A stretch of DNA of 41,964 nt from Octopus sinensis (GCF_006345805.1 NW_021835219.1:1-41964), one strand, 5' to 3'; counted from the stretch's first letter, positions 23,891 through 35,860 are shown. Notes: generated by a model from the sequence alone, not told the origin. Made by a program: numbers and translations.

Positions 23891-24324
23891 CAAGCTCCCA
23901 ATTCAAATTCATAATAGAACTGGATGGTGGCAGAGAGTCATGGGAATCTGCGGTAGAAACAAAAAATATGCATGTATGTGTGTACGTATATATATATATA
24001 TATGTATGCGTGTATGTATGTATGTATGTATGTATGTATGTATGTGTATGTATGTATGTATGTATGTATGTATGTGTACACACACATATACACGATATCG
24101 TGATGTTTCTGAACAAAATACTCTAAATAATTTTTAAGTACCAAGGATTATATTATTTAAGTTTTTCTGGGAAAAGCTGACAGGTACATGTTGTTTGCCG
24201 GAGTTGTTCTTATCGGCAGACATCCTCCCCCAACCAAAATTTGAAATCACCATCACCACCATCACCACCACCACTACCATCATCATCGTCATCATCATCA
24301 CTATCATTATTGCTATTGTTATTC

Positions 24325-24443
24325 AAATCCCGCCGAGGCCGACTTTACCGCTCATCTTTTCGTGGTCGAAAAAATAATTACCAGTTGAGTACTGGAGCCC
24401 TCCCACTAATTTCAAGCCTTGTACCTAAAGTAGAAGGAATTAT
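24325..24443 (+). mobile_element. Degraded SINE fragment
   Basis: CCGCCGAGGCCGACTTT...GGTCGAAAAAATAATTACCAGTTG...AGAAGGAATTATT, similar to 5150. Confidence 0.6.
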
Positions 24444-25665
24444 TTGTTGAAGGGATGTGTTCCAATGGTTAGGCAGTCAGTCTGTTGCCAGCTTCCTCTT
24501 AGTGGCGGATTATGTAAGCTGTGGTTCCTAATGCGCAGACACGCTCTTAGGTTATGCCACCTGCAACGATTTCTGGACGGTGAGCGTGTGTGGGCTCCGT
24601 TTGTGAAGCTCACCTTTCTGCAGCTCGTCTTCTTGTCGGAGCTGCAGTCTTGGGTGAAGAAAAAATCAGGACTGGGCGCTTGGCACCTAGAATTTTGTCA
24701 GGCACTCACAGCCCTCGACCAGTCGGGCAATGAGATCGGTGGATGTTCCGCTTTAGAAACTTATAGAGGAATGGAGGCGGGGATGTGTGACGACGTTTTT
24801 GGGGAGACTCTGGGCACCGAGGAGAACGGACTGGCTTGTCTGTTCCGGAGTACTTTGTGGTCGAGAACTATCATGGATAATTTCCAGATGTCCTTAGCCT
24901 GGCAGTGCTACCGGAGGGTGCTACCGGTTCGAGATAAACTCTACAAGCACGGTTGTGCTATCAGTTGGGCTTCTCCGTGGTGCGCGCTGAGCGACAAAAC
25001 CGTTCTGCATGCCCTCGTTCAGTATCCGAGCATTGCTGACTTGTGACGTTTTGTCGAACAGCTGCTGCCCCGTGTGATACGGATCCGTCTGTCGGCCGAC
25101 TCTGTAGTGCTGATCGCACCGCAGCCCTCCTTTAATCGGGCAGGAAAGGTAGTTTTCCTTTGCCTGGTGGCTGTGGAGAAAGAAGTTGTTTGGTGGACAA
25201 GGCTGAAAGGCATGAGGACTGACACATGTTCTTTGGTAGATCGCTCATTGACTTTTTAAAGTTTCACTTAAAAAAGAAATTGGGATTGGAAAGTGAGTTT
25301 ATTGAATGGTGAGTGAAAGTTGCGAAAATGACAAGAGCGTAGACCCGTGAGTCGGAGAAAAAGAATTGGAAAGGACACTTGGTCCTGGGTTTCAGGGAAA
25401 TCTCGGACAATGGAGTTCCTCGATTATCCCTACAGACTTTCCTGTGTCAGGAGGGCCACATCCCTATCATCCTCCCCGCCACTTTATAATTTTTATTTTA
25501 TTTTAAACCTTTTTGTGCTGTGCCTGTGTCCCTTCTTTTTCTGTGTATACCGTGTATACTTAATTTTTCCTGTTACATTTTTTTTTATCATTTCATTATA
25601 TGTCTGTCTTTATGTCTGTCTTTGTATTGTCCTCCTCATCTTTCGCCCTTGTGGCAAATAAATGA
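24444..25665 (+). mobile_element. L1/Tx1-clade LINE 3' fragment (ORF2 C-terminal zinc-finger region plus 3' UTR)
   Basis: LAWQCYRRVLPVRDKLYKHG...SPWCALSDKTVLHALVQYP (degenerate CCHC); EKEVVWWTRLKG; AATAAA at 25657. Confidence 0.8.
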
Positions 25666-25699
25666 AATCATCATAATCATTACCACCACCACCACCACC

Positions 25700-25731
<32 letters not shown>

Positions 25732-25760
25732 ATCATCATCATCATTATTATTATTATTAA

Positions 25761-25805
<45 letters not shown>

Positions 25806-26002
25806 CATTATTATTATTATTATCATTATGATTATTACATTTTTTTTCTTCTTTCAAATTTGCTTCCATTTCTTGCCGAGTGTCTTCCCGACTCCTAGGG
25901 CAAAGAAACTCATAGTATACAATGGTAGGCCATTAAACCAAACTCAGTAGATCGTTCATTTTTTTTTTATTATTATTATTATTAATATTATTATTATATA
26001 TT

Positions 26003-26034
<32 letters not shown>

Positions 26035-26095
26035 ATCATCATCATCATCATCATCACATCATCATCATCATCATCATCATTCATCATCATCATCA

Positions 26096-26128
<33 letters not shown>

Positions 26129-26150
26129 CATCATCATCATCATCATCATC
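25665..26150. repeat. (ATC)/(ACC)/(ATT) trinucleotide microsatellite blocks
   Basis: Direct reading; a short unique interval lies at about 25836-25960. Confidence 0.9.
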
Positions 26151-26487
26151 TCTTTATCACAGGTTCTGTTGGAGGTCCTGGAGTCTTGCATGGAGTTTAC
26201 TACCTGCAGCCTACGGTACCATACCACCCGTTCTTTGCAGCTATATAATACTTTCCTGGTTATTCTGACCGTGCCAAGGAGGCAAACCTTCTGTAACAGT
26301 TCTATTGGGCACACTATTCCAATTTCCTTTGTATTCCTCTTGATGCCTTCTGATACTGTTCCCAAGGGCACAACAATGATTGGCACTATCTTCCCAGGAC
26401 CCCAGTAACTACAGGTACTGAACCTGAACTTGTAATCTGGATAGAGTAACTGCAGATTACTCAATAGTTCAGCGTAGGTGTTCTCTA
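26151..26487 (-). mobile_element. Two joined R4-type 3' fragments with (GAT)n/(AAT)n tail
   Basis: ENTYAELLSNLQLLYPDYKFRF..PVVTGVLG joined near 26393 to KIVPIIVVPLGTVSEG...IELLQKVCLLGTVRITRKVL. Confidence 0.75.
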
Positions 26488-26710
26488 TGTATGTATGTAT
26501 GTATGTATGTATGTATGTATGTATGTATGTATGTATGTATGCATGTATGTATATATGTATGTATGTTGAGACGCTTTCAGGTATGTGTTGGCACGCATGA
26601 GTGTGTCATAATTTAAAAACAAAGTTATGTGTGTGTGTGTGAGTATGAGTGAGCGTGAGTGCGCTTCTGTGTTGTATATACGACTGTGAGTGAATGTTTG
26701 TGTGTGTACT

Positions 26711-26784
<74 letters not shown>

Positions 26785-26907
26785 CGTTTGTGTCCATGAA
26801 GGCCATGTACAGATAATGTGCGCAGAAGAAACGTATGAATGTCCGTCTTTGTAAGTCGACTGACACCTGCTATGTCATCAACCGAATTGCTACATGGACA
26901 AAACAAA

Positions 26908-26943
26908 TACAATTATTATTATTATTGTCATTATTATTATTAA

Positions 26944-26987
<44 letters not shown>

Positions 26988-26993
26988 ACACTG

Positions 26994-27026
<33 letters not shown>

Positions 27027-27469
27027 ATAATAATAATAATAAAATAAAATACTACTAATACTACTACTACTAAAGCAGTTGTAGTTTAGTGCCAATATCT
27101 GTAATTGTAGTAAAAGTAGTAGTAGTCGAAGTTGTAGAAGTAGCACTAGTCCCAACAGCAGTACTAGGTGCTGTTGTAGTAGCAGCAGTGGTGGTGGTGG
27201 TGGTGGTGGTTGTGGTGATGGCGGGTTTTTCCTAGTAGTACTAGATGCTGAAGTTGTTCTAGTCATTGTAACAGCAGTAGTAGAAGTAGTAGTATTAGTT
27301 GTAATAGTAGTAGTAGTAGTAGTAGTAGTAGTGTTGGTGGTAGGGTGCCAGTAGTTGTAGCAGCTGTTGATGTCGTTGCTGTAATAGTCATAATAGTGAT
27401 GGTGCTGGTACTATCATTATTATTATAACTAGTAGTAGCACAGTAGTAGCAGCAGTAGTAGTAGCAGCA

Positions 27470-27502
<33 letters not shown>

Positions 27503-27693
27503 CAGCAGTAGTAGTAGTAGTAGCACAGTAGTAGTAGTATTAGTTGTTGTTGTTGTTGTAGTAGTAATAGTAGTAGTAGTAGTAGTAGTAGCTGTATTAG
27601 TAGTAGCAGTAGTAGTAGCAGCAGCAGTAGTAGTAGTTGTTGTTGTTGTTGTAGTAGTAGTAGTAGTAGCAGCTGTAGTAGTAGTAGCTGTAT

Positions 27694-27740
<47 letters not shown>
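26908..27740. repeat. Complex (TAG)/(CTA)/(CAG)/(TTG)/(TGG) microsatellite
   Basis: Direct reading. Confidence 0.95.
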
Positions 27741-28041
27741 ATGGTCGTAGAACTAGTATGGTGTCAAAGCAGGAAGTTTTGTCAGTGGATTTCTGAGAAA
27801 AACGACGGCATTCACAATAACAACTAGATCACATTTCGTTGCAATCACTACGCAGTGATTAAGTGGAGTGGTGTGGATGGGTGTAGGGTGGTGTTTCGTG
27901 CTTGCACTTGCGGCAGCATTCACTCGGTGTGGGTGGAGCCGACTCCGATCAACGCGTTCACCACGTTGGTCACCTCATGAATGTTAACCACTTGCGACGG
28001 TCGGCCTCAGGTAGAGGCTGTCAAATTTGGCAAATAACTCA

Positions 28042-28615
28042 CTTTTCTACACTAGGCACAAGGCCCGAAATTTTTGGAGAGGGTGCCAGTCGATTAGATC
28101 GACTCCAGTACGCAACTGGTACTTAATTTATCGACCCCGAAAAGATGAAAGGCAAAGTCGACCTCGAAAGAATTTGAACTCAGAACGTAAAGACATTTTC
28201 ACCCGGCGTGCTAACGTGTCTTTTCTACTCTAGGCACAAGGCCCGAAATTTTTGGGGAGGGGGCCAGTCGATTAGATCGTCTCCAGTACGCAATTGTTAC
28301 TTAATTTATCGACCCCGAAAAGATGTAAGGCAAATCCACCTCGGCGGAATTTGAACTCAGAACATAAAAACAGACGAAATACCTATTTCTTTATTACCCA
28401 CAAGGGGCTAAACATAGAGGGGACAACCAAGGACAGACATAGGTATTAAGTCGATTACATCGACACCAGTGCGTAACTGGTACTTAATTTATCGACCTCG
28501 ATAGGATGAAAGACAAAGTCGACCTCGGCAGAATTTGAACTCAGAACGTAACGGCAGACGAAATACTGCTAAGCATTTTGCTCGGCATGCTAACGTTTCT
28601 GCCAGCTCGCCGCCT
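28042..28615 (-). mobile_element. Three head-to-tail SINE copies
   Basis: Three iterations of TTAATTTATCGACC..AAGG...AATTTGAACTCAGAAC (about 28042-28215, 28219-28385, 28385-28615); only the last retains the full head. Confidence 0.85.
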
Positions 28616-28619
28616 TGGT

Positions 28620-28900
28620 GGCAAATGCCTCACTGAGAGAGTAAAGCCGGTCGGATGGTGCGGACGCCGGAGATGTAGTCGTGGTCATCATTCACTGTTA
28701 AGGTGTAGAGTACATGATTGGAGTTTCAGGAGGAATACTAGTCAGCATATGGTTCTCGGTCATACGTATACACATTTTAGGGTTGTGTGATCCCGTAGCT
28801 GCTCATCTTGCCATCGATTGTCGACCATCGCAGAGGATTGGCTGATTAAATCACCGCCGATTATCAGAGCAGACGTAGCCTGTGTTTGAAGCGGGTTCTA
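28620..28900 (-). mobile_element. Possible degraded LINE AP-endonuclease fragment
   Basis: LIIGGDL (resembles GGDFN) and HDYISGVRTIRP; frameshifted. Confidence 0.35.
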
Positions 28901-29565
28901 GAGACATCCTCTATGAAAAAGTTAAGGGTGTGCCTCACTGTAATTTTAAGAATTCGGCGTCTCATTAAATTTGGAAACTGGATTTGCATAAGTAACGTAT
29001 TGCCGGCAGCAAGTTCAATTTTGTAACGGCCGACTCATTAAGCAGTTTGTGATTCAAAGTTATGACGCACTTTAGAGCGAATTTAAATGTTGAACCGATC
29101 CTGCGTGTGTTTAAACGAAACAGAATTAAAATGAAACACTGAGTTTAATGAAAACTCAAAGTATCAGATATAAAGACAGAGCATACTCTTAGTCACGTTA
29201 CAGTTCATTACAGTTAAATACATTATAGAATATATCATTACCTACGCCTTCGCTAAGGTGGAGGTATTGTTTTCAGTCGTGTTTGTTAGTTTGTCCGTGG
29301 ACAAGATATCTCAAGAACCGCTGGATGGATTCGGATGAAACTTTCAGAGATGTTTGGCCTTATGACTGGCACGAACTGGTTGGATTTTGGGATCGATATG
29401 GTAACGGACAAAGGTTCTGGATTATTATCAGTTTTTTTTTACCGAATTTTTGAGAGCGGTCGTGTTCATTTTTAGTATTTCCGTTTCTAAAAGCAGTCGA
29501 GTTTATTTCAGAAATTTTCATTTTAAAAATTATCTCCGGCTAATCGCTGAGAGGACGTTGGTGTT

Positions 29566-31012
29566 CTAGTAGAGTCAGTTGATTCCCTGTTGCATTTGAT
29601 GTGGGTTCGCTTCATGTGAGTCTTGTTGTTGTTTAAATTGTTGAAGGTCTACCGCACTTAATTGGTGTATTACTGAATTGTTAAATTTATTGTTACCTGT
29701 GAATTTTTATTGTCTTCCCCATTTATGGCTGAAGTTGTGAATAACAACATTATGGAAAGTCAATCGGTTCTAGCAGGCAGTTACGCTGCAGTAACGGGGA
29801 ATAGTCTAACGGCAGATATCCTGCAAGTAAGAGAAATTCGACTGAACGACACAAATTTTAAGAAATATAATGAATTGCTACGGAAGGAGGGAGACAGCTT
29901 GAGGCTGACGCCGCCCCACGAAATTATGGAAGAAAAAAACAGAAAAAAGGACAGTAATATACAAAGCACTGTCTATTGCTACAAAAAGAGTTGAAATAGC
30001 TGCAGCAGAATGCTTGAAAAGAATGCTTGAAAAAAATCAAAAGCCTAACTACGTATTACGCCAGAGGAAAGAAATATGGCACAGTGGAGGTACGCTTCGC
30101 GAGTGAACAAGAAGCGATAAAACACTCCACTGTACCTTTGAGAGTGGGTACTGCTACCAACCTACTGTGGCAAACGTGCGGCCAGAGTTAGGATTGGTTG
30201 AGTGCCCCCAGAAATTGACGAGGCGTGGCTGGTGGCAGCCATCCTCTATAAAACAGAAGAGGAAACTAAAATACTTAAAATTACAAGAACTACGGAGGTA
30301 AACTGCTGGAGATACGGCCTTGAGGTGATAGTCCACATTACTTTGCTAGATCTTCATAAAATCACAGAAGAACTAGTTTTGCCCAATGAAACGAAGTTAA
30401 GAATCGTGATGGGAGGAAGACCTATTTGCTTTCAATGTGGAGTATGGGGACACATGAAAGCTAAGTGTCCCCAGAAACACGAAGAGGTGGAGATAGAGAA
30501 AGAACGACAAGAAGAAGAGGTTTCAACTTTAGAGGAGCAAAGTATGGAAGAACAGTACACAGTGGTGAAGAGGAAGCAGAGTAACGCGGACTAACCACCA
30601 AAAAGTCCCAGGAAAAAAAGAAAAGGAAATGGAGAGGAGACGCAGAGCGTGAAACAAGGAAAAGCGAACAAGCAGAGAAAAAAATGGAAGGTCAACAAAA
30701 GTAAGCGACAAAGTCGAAGAGCGAAAAGAGAGACCGTTACCAACAACCAGCAAGGAGGATAAAGTACAGAAGAAAAAGGAAGATGAAAGAGAAATGATGA
30801 CAACAAAGAATGAGAGACAGAGATAGAAATACCAGCAACAGTAGAAGAGATTAGTGAAGAAAAACAGAGAGAGAGACACCGAAAGGAAAACAATTAAGAA
30901 ATATGATACAAGATACAAAAAGTGTAGAGATAGTAAAAAAGGTTGCGAAAATGAATGTAATTAGAATTACATTGTCACCCAACGAGAACAATGGTTTGAA
31001 AGTTATTCTGCT

Positions 31013-31097
<85 letters not shown>

Positions 31098-31530
31098 GAG
31101 AGAAAGAGAGGAGAAAGGTTAAAGGAATCGTTTGGTGAAAAGTTAGAAGTGATACCGGTACAGTATCGTTTTGATGAACTGCCGCCGGTGGTGGCATTCG
31201 AAGATTTAACGGAGTATTTGGTGTAAATGAGGGTAGGTAAGGAAATTTAAGACTTTGTGTAAGACTTAGTGACTTTGTGTAAATTTTAAAAAAAAGGGAA
31301 ACCAACGGATACAAGACAGAATATTGAACTGTTAGTAAAACGTTATATAAAAACAGTAAAATGAAACTGCCTGCTTATGGGGGGGGGGTGCAGATAAGCC
31401 ATTCCATCCTCATTTTTCATTGTATCCATAATTTCATACGATATGTGTTTTTATGTACACCATTGTATTGCTTTGTATGTCATTGTACTGTCCCCTCTCT
31501 ATAAGAGCCATGTGCTCAATAAAAGAAGAA
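29566..31530 (+). mobile_element. ORF1-only L1/Tx1-like retroelement (HAL1-like), 1965 bp, with 14-bp TSD
   Basis: TSD AGGACGT(T/A)GGTGTT at 29552-29565 and 31531-31544; 5' UTR, ORF1, 3' UTR, AATAAA plus AGAAGAA tail; no EN/RT between the TSDs. Confidence 0.82.
29725..31226 (+). pseudogene. Gag-like ORF1 protein (frameshifted; CCHC knuckle; (AG)n insertion)
   Basis: GSYAAV motif; RRM-like YGTVEVRFASEQEA; CFQCGVWGHMKAKC; K/E-rich linker; C-terminus ending EDLTEYLV*. Confidence 0.8.
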
Positions 31531-31629
31531 AGGACGTAGGTGTTGTCTTGGCGGAGGTTTGCGCTCTCTGAGTGCTCTTGCTTATGTTTGAAAGTTTAGG
31601 GCTGGATTAGAAAGTGTCGGTTACTATCA

Positions 31630-31960
31630 CTAAGACGGCGAATTAGGCAGAACATATGGAATGTATCGCAGTAATTGTTTTGATCCTCTGTGCTCTGAGT
31701 TCAAATCCCACCAAAGCGAGCTTTGCTTTTTAATCGCCCGGGGGTCGATAAAAAGGTGCCAGTCTAAGTCAGTGAATTGGTCGAGCTGTGAGAAGGTTGA
31801 GCAAGATGCTTTGTGGTATTTGTATCGAAATATAGTTATCTGAGTTCAAATCACAACGAAGAAAATTTTGTCTTTTATTCTTCCCGGGGTCGATAAAAAA
31901 GGCATCAATCTAGGTCAGTGGATTAGAGGAAATGTAAGAGTGGCGGATAAGATACCTTGT
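31630..31960 (+). repeat. About 2.3 tandem copies of a 146-bp SINE-derived unit
   Basis: TCTGAGTTCAAATC near 31694 and 31840; CCGGGGTCGATAAAAA twice. Confidence 0.6.
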
Positions 31961-32169
31961 GGTATTTGTTCTGTTTTTTTTTTTACATTCTGAAATCAAC
32001 AACTGCCGTGACACTGGTGCCCAGCGGCATCGGCCCACGTGAGGGGTCTTTCTATTTGATAAACTTTAGTAGTGTGGAGAGAACAAGATTTAAACGCGTG
32101 GGCAGTTACTAAACTTCCTTAAAGAAATTTTACCCAGACCTGCTCATACATGATTAGATGTATGGTCAG

Positions 32170-32216
32170 TTTGACCGATATTGATTGCTACGTATGTATA
32201 TATGTATGTATGTATG

Positions 32217-32248
<32 letters not shown>

Positions 32249-32395
32249 TGTATGTATATATGTATGTATGTATGTATCTATGTATATATATGTATGTACG
32301 AATGTAAGTACGTATGTATATATTTATGTATGTATGTATGTATGTATGTATGTATGTATATATGTATGCATGTATGTACGTATGTATGTATGTAC
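32170..32395. repeat. (TATG)n microsatellite
   Basis: Direct reading. Confidence 0.95.
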
Positions 32396-32489
32396 GTTGT
32401 TGTCACCACATCCTTCTCGGACAGGACACTGTGACGCAAAACCTAGGTTTTCATGTGATTGCTGGTCATCTCGCTTCGGCCAGTCGTTG

Positions 32490-33496
32490 AGTAGTAATCA
32501 CGGAAGTTCGTGTCGTACAATCGTTTATTACTATAAGCCAATTGTTACTATAATCTGCAACTAATATGGTGATTGTGAAATTCATCAGAGAGGGGAAGGA
32601 GTCCACATCACTTCGCCCAGGTCAACCAGAGCCCACTGACAGGACCTTTTGCTTTGTTGAGTGAAGTGTGGAGGATAATCCTCATTGTAAGTCAGAACAA
32701 GTTGATGTCAGTCCCAGCACAGCTGTCAGGTATCTCCACAAACTTGGCTACTATGGCAGAGCAGCAAGAAGGTAACCACTTCTTTAATCAGCTAATATCA
32801 AGTGGAAAAATATTGGGGCAGTGAGATAATGGAGTAGCCGCTAGCATTTTGGGACACTATCGTATTCTCTGATGAGTCCAGATTTTCTGTATTTTCTGGC
32901 AGTGGTCGAGTGAAGGTCTAGATACTCTGTGATAAAGAATTTGACATGAAAAGAGTGCTGCCAACAATGAAATGAGGCAGCTATTCTGCAATGGTCTGGG
33001 GTGCAGTTTGGAGCAATGGTCAATCAGAGCTGGTGGAGTGTGATGGAAAGATAAACTCAGATAAATATGTATCCTTATTGCAGAAAGAACTCCTTCGAAT
33101 CTTCTCCAACGGTGAAATAATTAAAGAAAATTCTTGACACACGGCTAAAAAGATCCAAGATTAGTTGGAAAAGAATGGCATTAAAAAACTTTCATAGCCA
33201 AGCCAGCCACTAGATATGAACCCCATTGAACACCTCTGGGGCATAATGGGCAGGACATTTCGTAAAAAGAACAAGAAAGCATCTTCAAAGCCAGATCCTT
33301 TGAGATTACTGCATGAATCTTGGCAAGACATTCCCCAAGAGAATATTCGTCATCTGATCAGAAAAATGCAAAGGGCATGTCTACTAAATATTAGATATTC
33401 ACATTATAATAATTAATAAGTAATTTGAATGTATAATTTTAGATTAAAATAATTTTTAATGATTATAAGGGTGTCTATTTACTTCTGTCATGTGTG
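32490..33496 (+). mobile_element. Degraded Tc1-family transposon (DD34E transposase) with right TIR
   Basis: YLHKLGYYGRAARR; TIVFSDES; MVWGAVWSNG; MNPIEHLWG; HESWQDIPQENI; TIR-like AGGGTGTCTATTTACTTCTGTCATGTG; second-D region deleted. Confidence 0.85.
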
Positions 33497-33537
33497 TGTG
33501 TGTGTGATGTGTACGTATATATATATATACATATATA

Positions 33538-33752
33538 CGAGGGGGTGCTGAAAAGTTCCTGGCTTTAACAGTATTATGAAAGACCTGGTTGGAGGCCAAA
33601 CCTTCCAAGTTCTTTTACAGGGCTTAAAAAACTGAAGGACCGTTGCAAAAAGAATGTGTATCTGAGGGGGGAATACGTTGTAAAAAATCATAATTAATGA
33701 TACTCCTGTATTTTCTTTTACCAAAGGCTAGGAATTTTTCAGTTCACCCTTG
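33538..33752. mobile_element. Mariner-derived MITE (about 215 bp)
   Basis: TA|CGAGGGGGTGCTGAAAAGTTCCTGGCTTT ... degenerate inverse AAAGGCTAGGAATTTTTCAGTTCACCCTTG. Confidence 0.75.
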
Positions 33753-33843
33753 TCTATGTAAATATACATAGAGTATTTTTTTTCTGCGCTCGATTGAAAT
33801 CTTTTACCGTTTAGTGTTTCTAGCAAGCTTAGTGGACATGTTA

Positions 33844-33957
33844 AGCAGTCGCGAGCAACCTGCGGCCCACGGGACTTTCTGAATTTAACGAAAAATTAGC
33901 GTGAATTTTTTTGGTGTCTCATGCGGCCTGCCTCTCGAAAGCGGGTGCTCATACCTG
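33844..33957. mobile_element. Possible hAT-Charlie-like MITE remnant
   Basis: CAGTCGCGAGCAACCTGCGGCCCACGG ... GGGTGCTCATACCTG, degenerate TIRs. Confidence 0.35.
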
Positions 33958-34079
33958 GTGTAATGGCTCCTTCATTGGTTCTGTAGGCAGTGACTAAAGT
34001 GGTATTAGAGTTGTTGTTGTTGTTCATTATTTACATTGTTTACATTCGACGGATACTTGTCCTCATCTTGTTTGTTGTT

Positions 34080-34125
34080 AACAAAACGTTTCGGCTGATA
34101 TACCCTCCAGCCTTCTTCAGGTGTC
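34080..34125 (-). ncRNA. Type I hammerhead motif with canonical core, in a pLTR-like fragment (about 34020-34150)
   Basis: GACAC-CUGAAGA-A-GGCUG(GAGGGUAUAU)CAGCC-GAAA-C-GU-U-UUGUU; one mismatch at the first pair of stem I. Confidence 0.8.
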
Positions 34126-34152
34126 TTGGGGGAAATGTTTGAACCTATGTTA

Positions 34153-34208
34153 TTCTTCTTCTTCTTCTTCTTCTTCTTCTTCTTTTCTTCTTCTTCTTCT
34201 TCTTCTTC

Positions 34209-34293
<85 letters not shown>

Positions 34294-34320
34294 GTTGTTG
34301 TTGTTGTTGTTGTTGTTGTT
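34153..34320. repeat. (CTT)-(ATT)-(GTT) compound microsatellite
   Basis: Direct reading. Confidence 0.95.
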
Positions 34321-34321
34321 C

Positions 34322-34400
34322 GGGTCACTGCTTAGAATCGGACTCGGAATCTTGGGGGTTAGTAGCCCGCTCTCTTAACCACTACGTCATATGCCCGTGG
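34322..34400 (-). mobile_element. Minimal SINE: tRNA-like head directly followed by microsatellite tail
   Basis: GGGCATATGACGTAGTGGTTAAGAG...GAGTCCGATTCT...(AAC)n. Confidence 0.7.
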
Positions 34401-35124
34401 GATTATGTAAATATGTACATAATTCCTCATCTCTTAAATATAGAACTGTTGTTGTTGTTGTTGTTGTTGTTGTTGACGTTGTTGTTGCTTAGTCACGTTT
34501 CAACCTTGATAGAACAGGTATATAACCAAAACATTGCACTCTTGAGAATAACTTGTTGTGTATTGGGTGGGGTGAGTGACTTTTGGTGACGAAAGTTTAC
34601 TTAGATTATTCCTTGCTGACTTCATTTTTTTTAAAGATGTTAACGTTTGATATGAAGGAAGTTTGGCTCTGGTTTCTAACATGTAGGGCGATCACATATA
34701 GGCTATCTCATTACCAAAGTAGCCTTTCTGTGTCTGATTCTCTACCGATTGTTATTTCTTTATTGCACACAAGGGGCTAAACATAAAGAGGACATATAAG
34801 GACAGACAAGATGCTTTACCGATTGTGCCACACCACTCCGCTCATCTAAACCGTGATGAAATTCCTGTAATTTCGCCAGATATTCCTAGAACACAGCGTA
34901 TTTCGAACAGGAAACAAATAAACGCATGACGCACAATCATACGAACACACATGCACACATACATATACTCACGCACTTACACACACACACACATTCACAT
35001 GACAATCACACGTACATACACATATATTCACTAACGTATTCACACATATATATACACACACATACACACATATACACACACAAACACACATACACACACA
35101 CACACACACACTCAAACACACATA

Positions 35125-35860
35125 CGAGGGTCAGTTGAAAAATTCATAGGCTGACCAAGATTCTCTCATGGAATGTAACCAAATCACGTTTATCTTCCAA
35201 CATTGCGATCTGCACAATTCTTCCATCAGCACAGTGTAGATCCCACTGGATCTCACTGGATCCCACTGGTGTAGAAGCTTTCAGCCTGTAACTCTTTTAA
35301 TCTTTTACTTGTTTCAGTCATTTGACTGTGGCCATGCTGGAGCACCGACTTTAGTCGAGCAAATCGACCCCAGGACTTATTCTTTGTAAGCCTAGTACTT
35401 ATTCTATCGGTCTCTTTTGCCGAACCGCTAAGTTAAGGGGACGTAAACACACCAGCATCGGTTGTCAAGCGATGTTGGGGACAAACACAGACACACAAAC
35501 ATATACACATACATACATATATATATATACATATATACGACGGGCTTCTTTCGGTTTCCGTCTACCAAATCCACTCACAAGGCTTTGGTCGGCCTGAGGC
35601 TATAGTAGAAGACACTTGCCCAAGGTGCCACGCAGTTGGACGGAACCTGGAACCATGTGGTTGGTAAGCAAGCTACTTACCATACAGCCACTCCTACGCC
35701 TGTTGGTAAGAAAAAACTCGTCGATAGCAGATGTGATGCTATCATCACTGAGATACTGGTTACCAGTCAAGTGTCTTTTCATGTTGAGGAACAGATGATA
35801 GTCAAATGGAGCTAAATCAGGACAATAGGGAGGGTGCTCAACTAGTTCAAAGCCACAATT
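35125..35860 (-). mobile_element. Mariner (DD34D) 3' fragment with TIR, interrupted by a SINE
   Basis: HPPYCPDLAPFDYHLFLNMKRHLTGNQY...IDEFF; TIR TA|CGAGGGTCAGTTGAAAAATTC. Confidence 0.85.
35294..35700 (-). mobile_element. Full-length bipartite tRNA-SINE with internal microsatellite
   Basis: GGCGTAGGAGTGGCTGTATGG head, GGCACCTTGGGCAAGTGTCTTC block, internal (TA/TG)n, 3' half shared with 37093, 40092 and 40480. Confidence 0.9.

Larger units (their letters stand above)
29237..31583 (+). mobile_element. Helentron/HINE-like MITE (29237-29565 plus 31545-31583), split by an L1-like insertion
   Basis: 5' ATTACCTACGCC with hairpin; 3' subterminal inverted GGCGGAGGT followed by the GCGCTCTCTGAGTGC hairpin. 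Confidence 0.65.

Noticed and set aside
27850-28030. Possible RTE 3' end on the minus strand
   Set aside because: Only weak resemblance (RRKWLTF, CAAGTGCAAG tail).
30529-30918. Hydrophobic minus-strand ORFs
   Set aside because: Antisense of the purine-rich K/E linker of ORF1.
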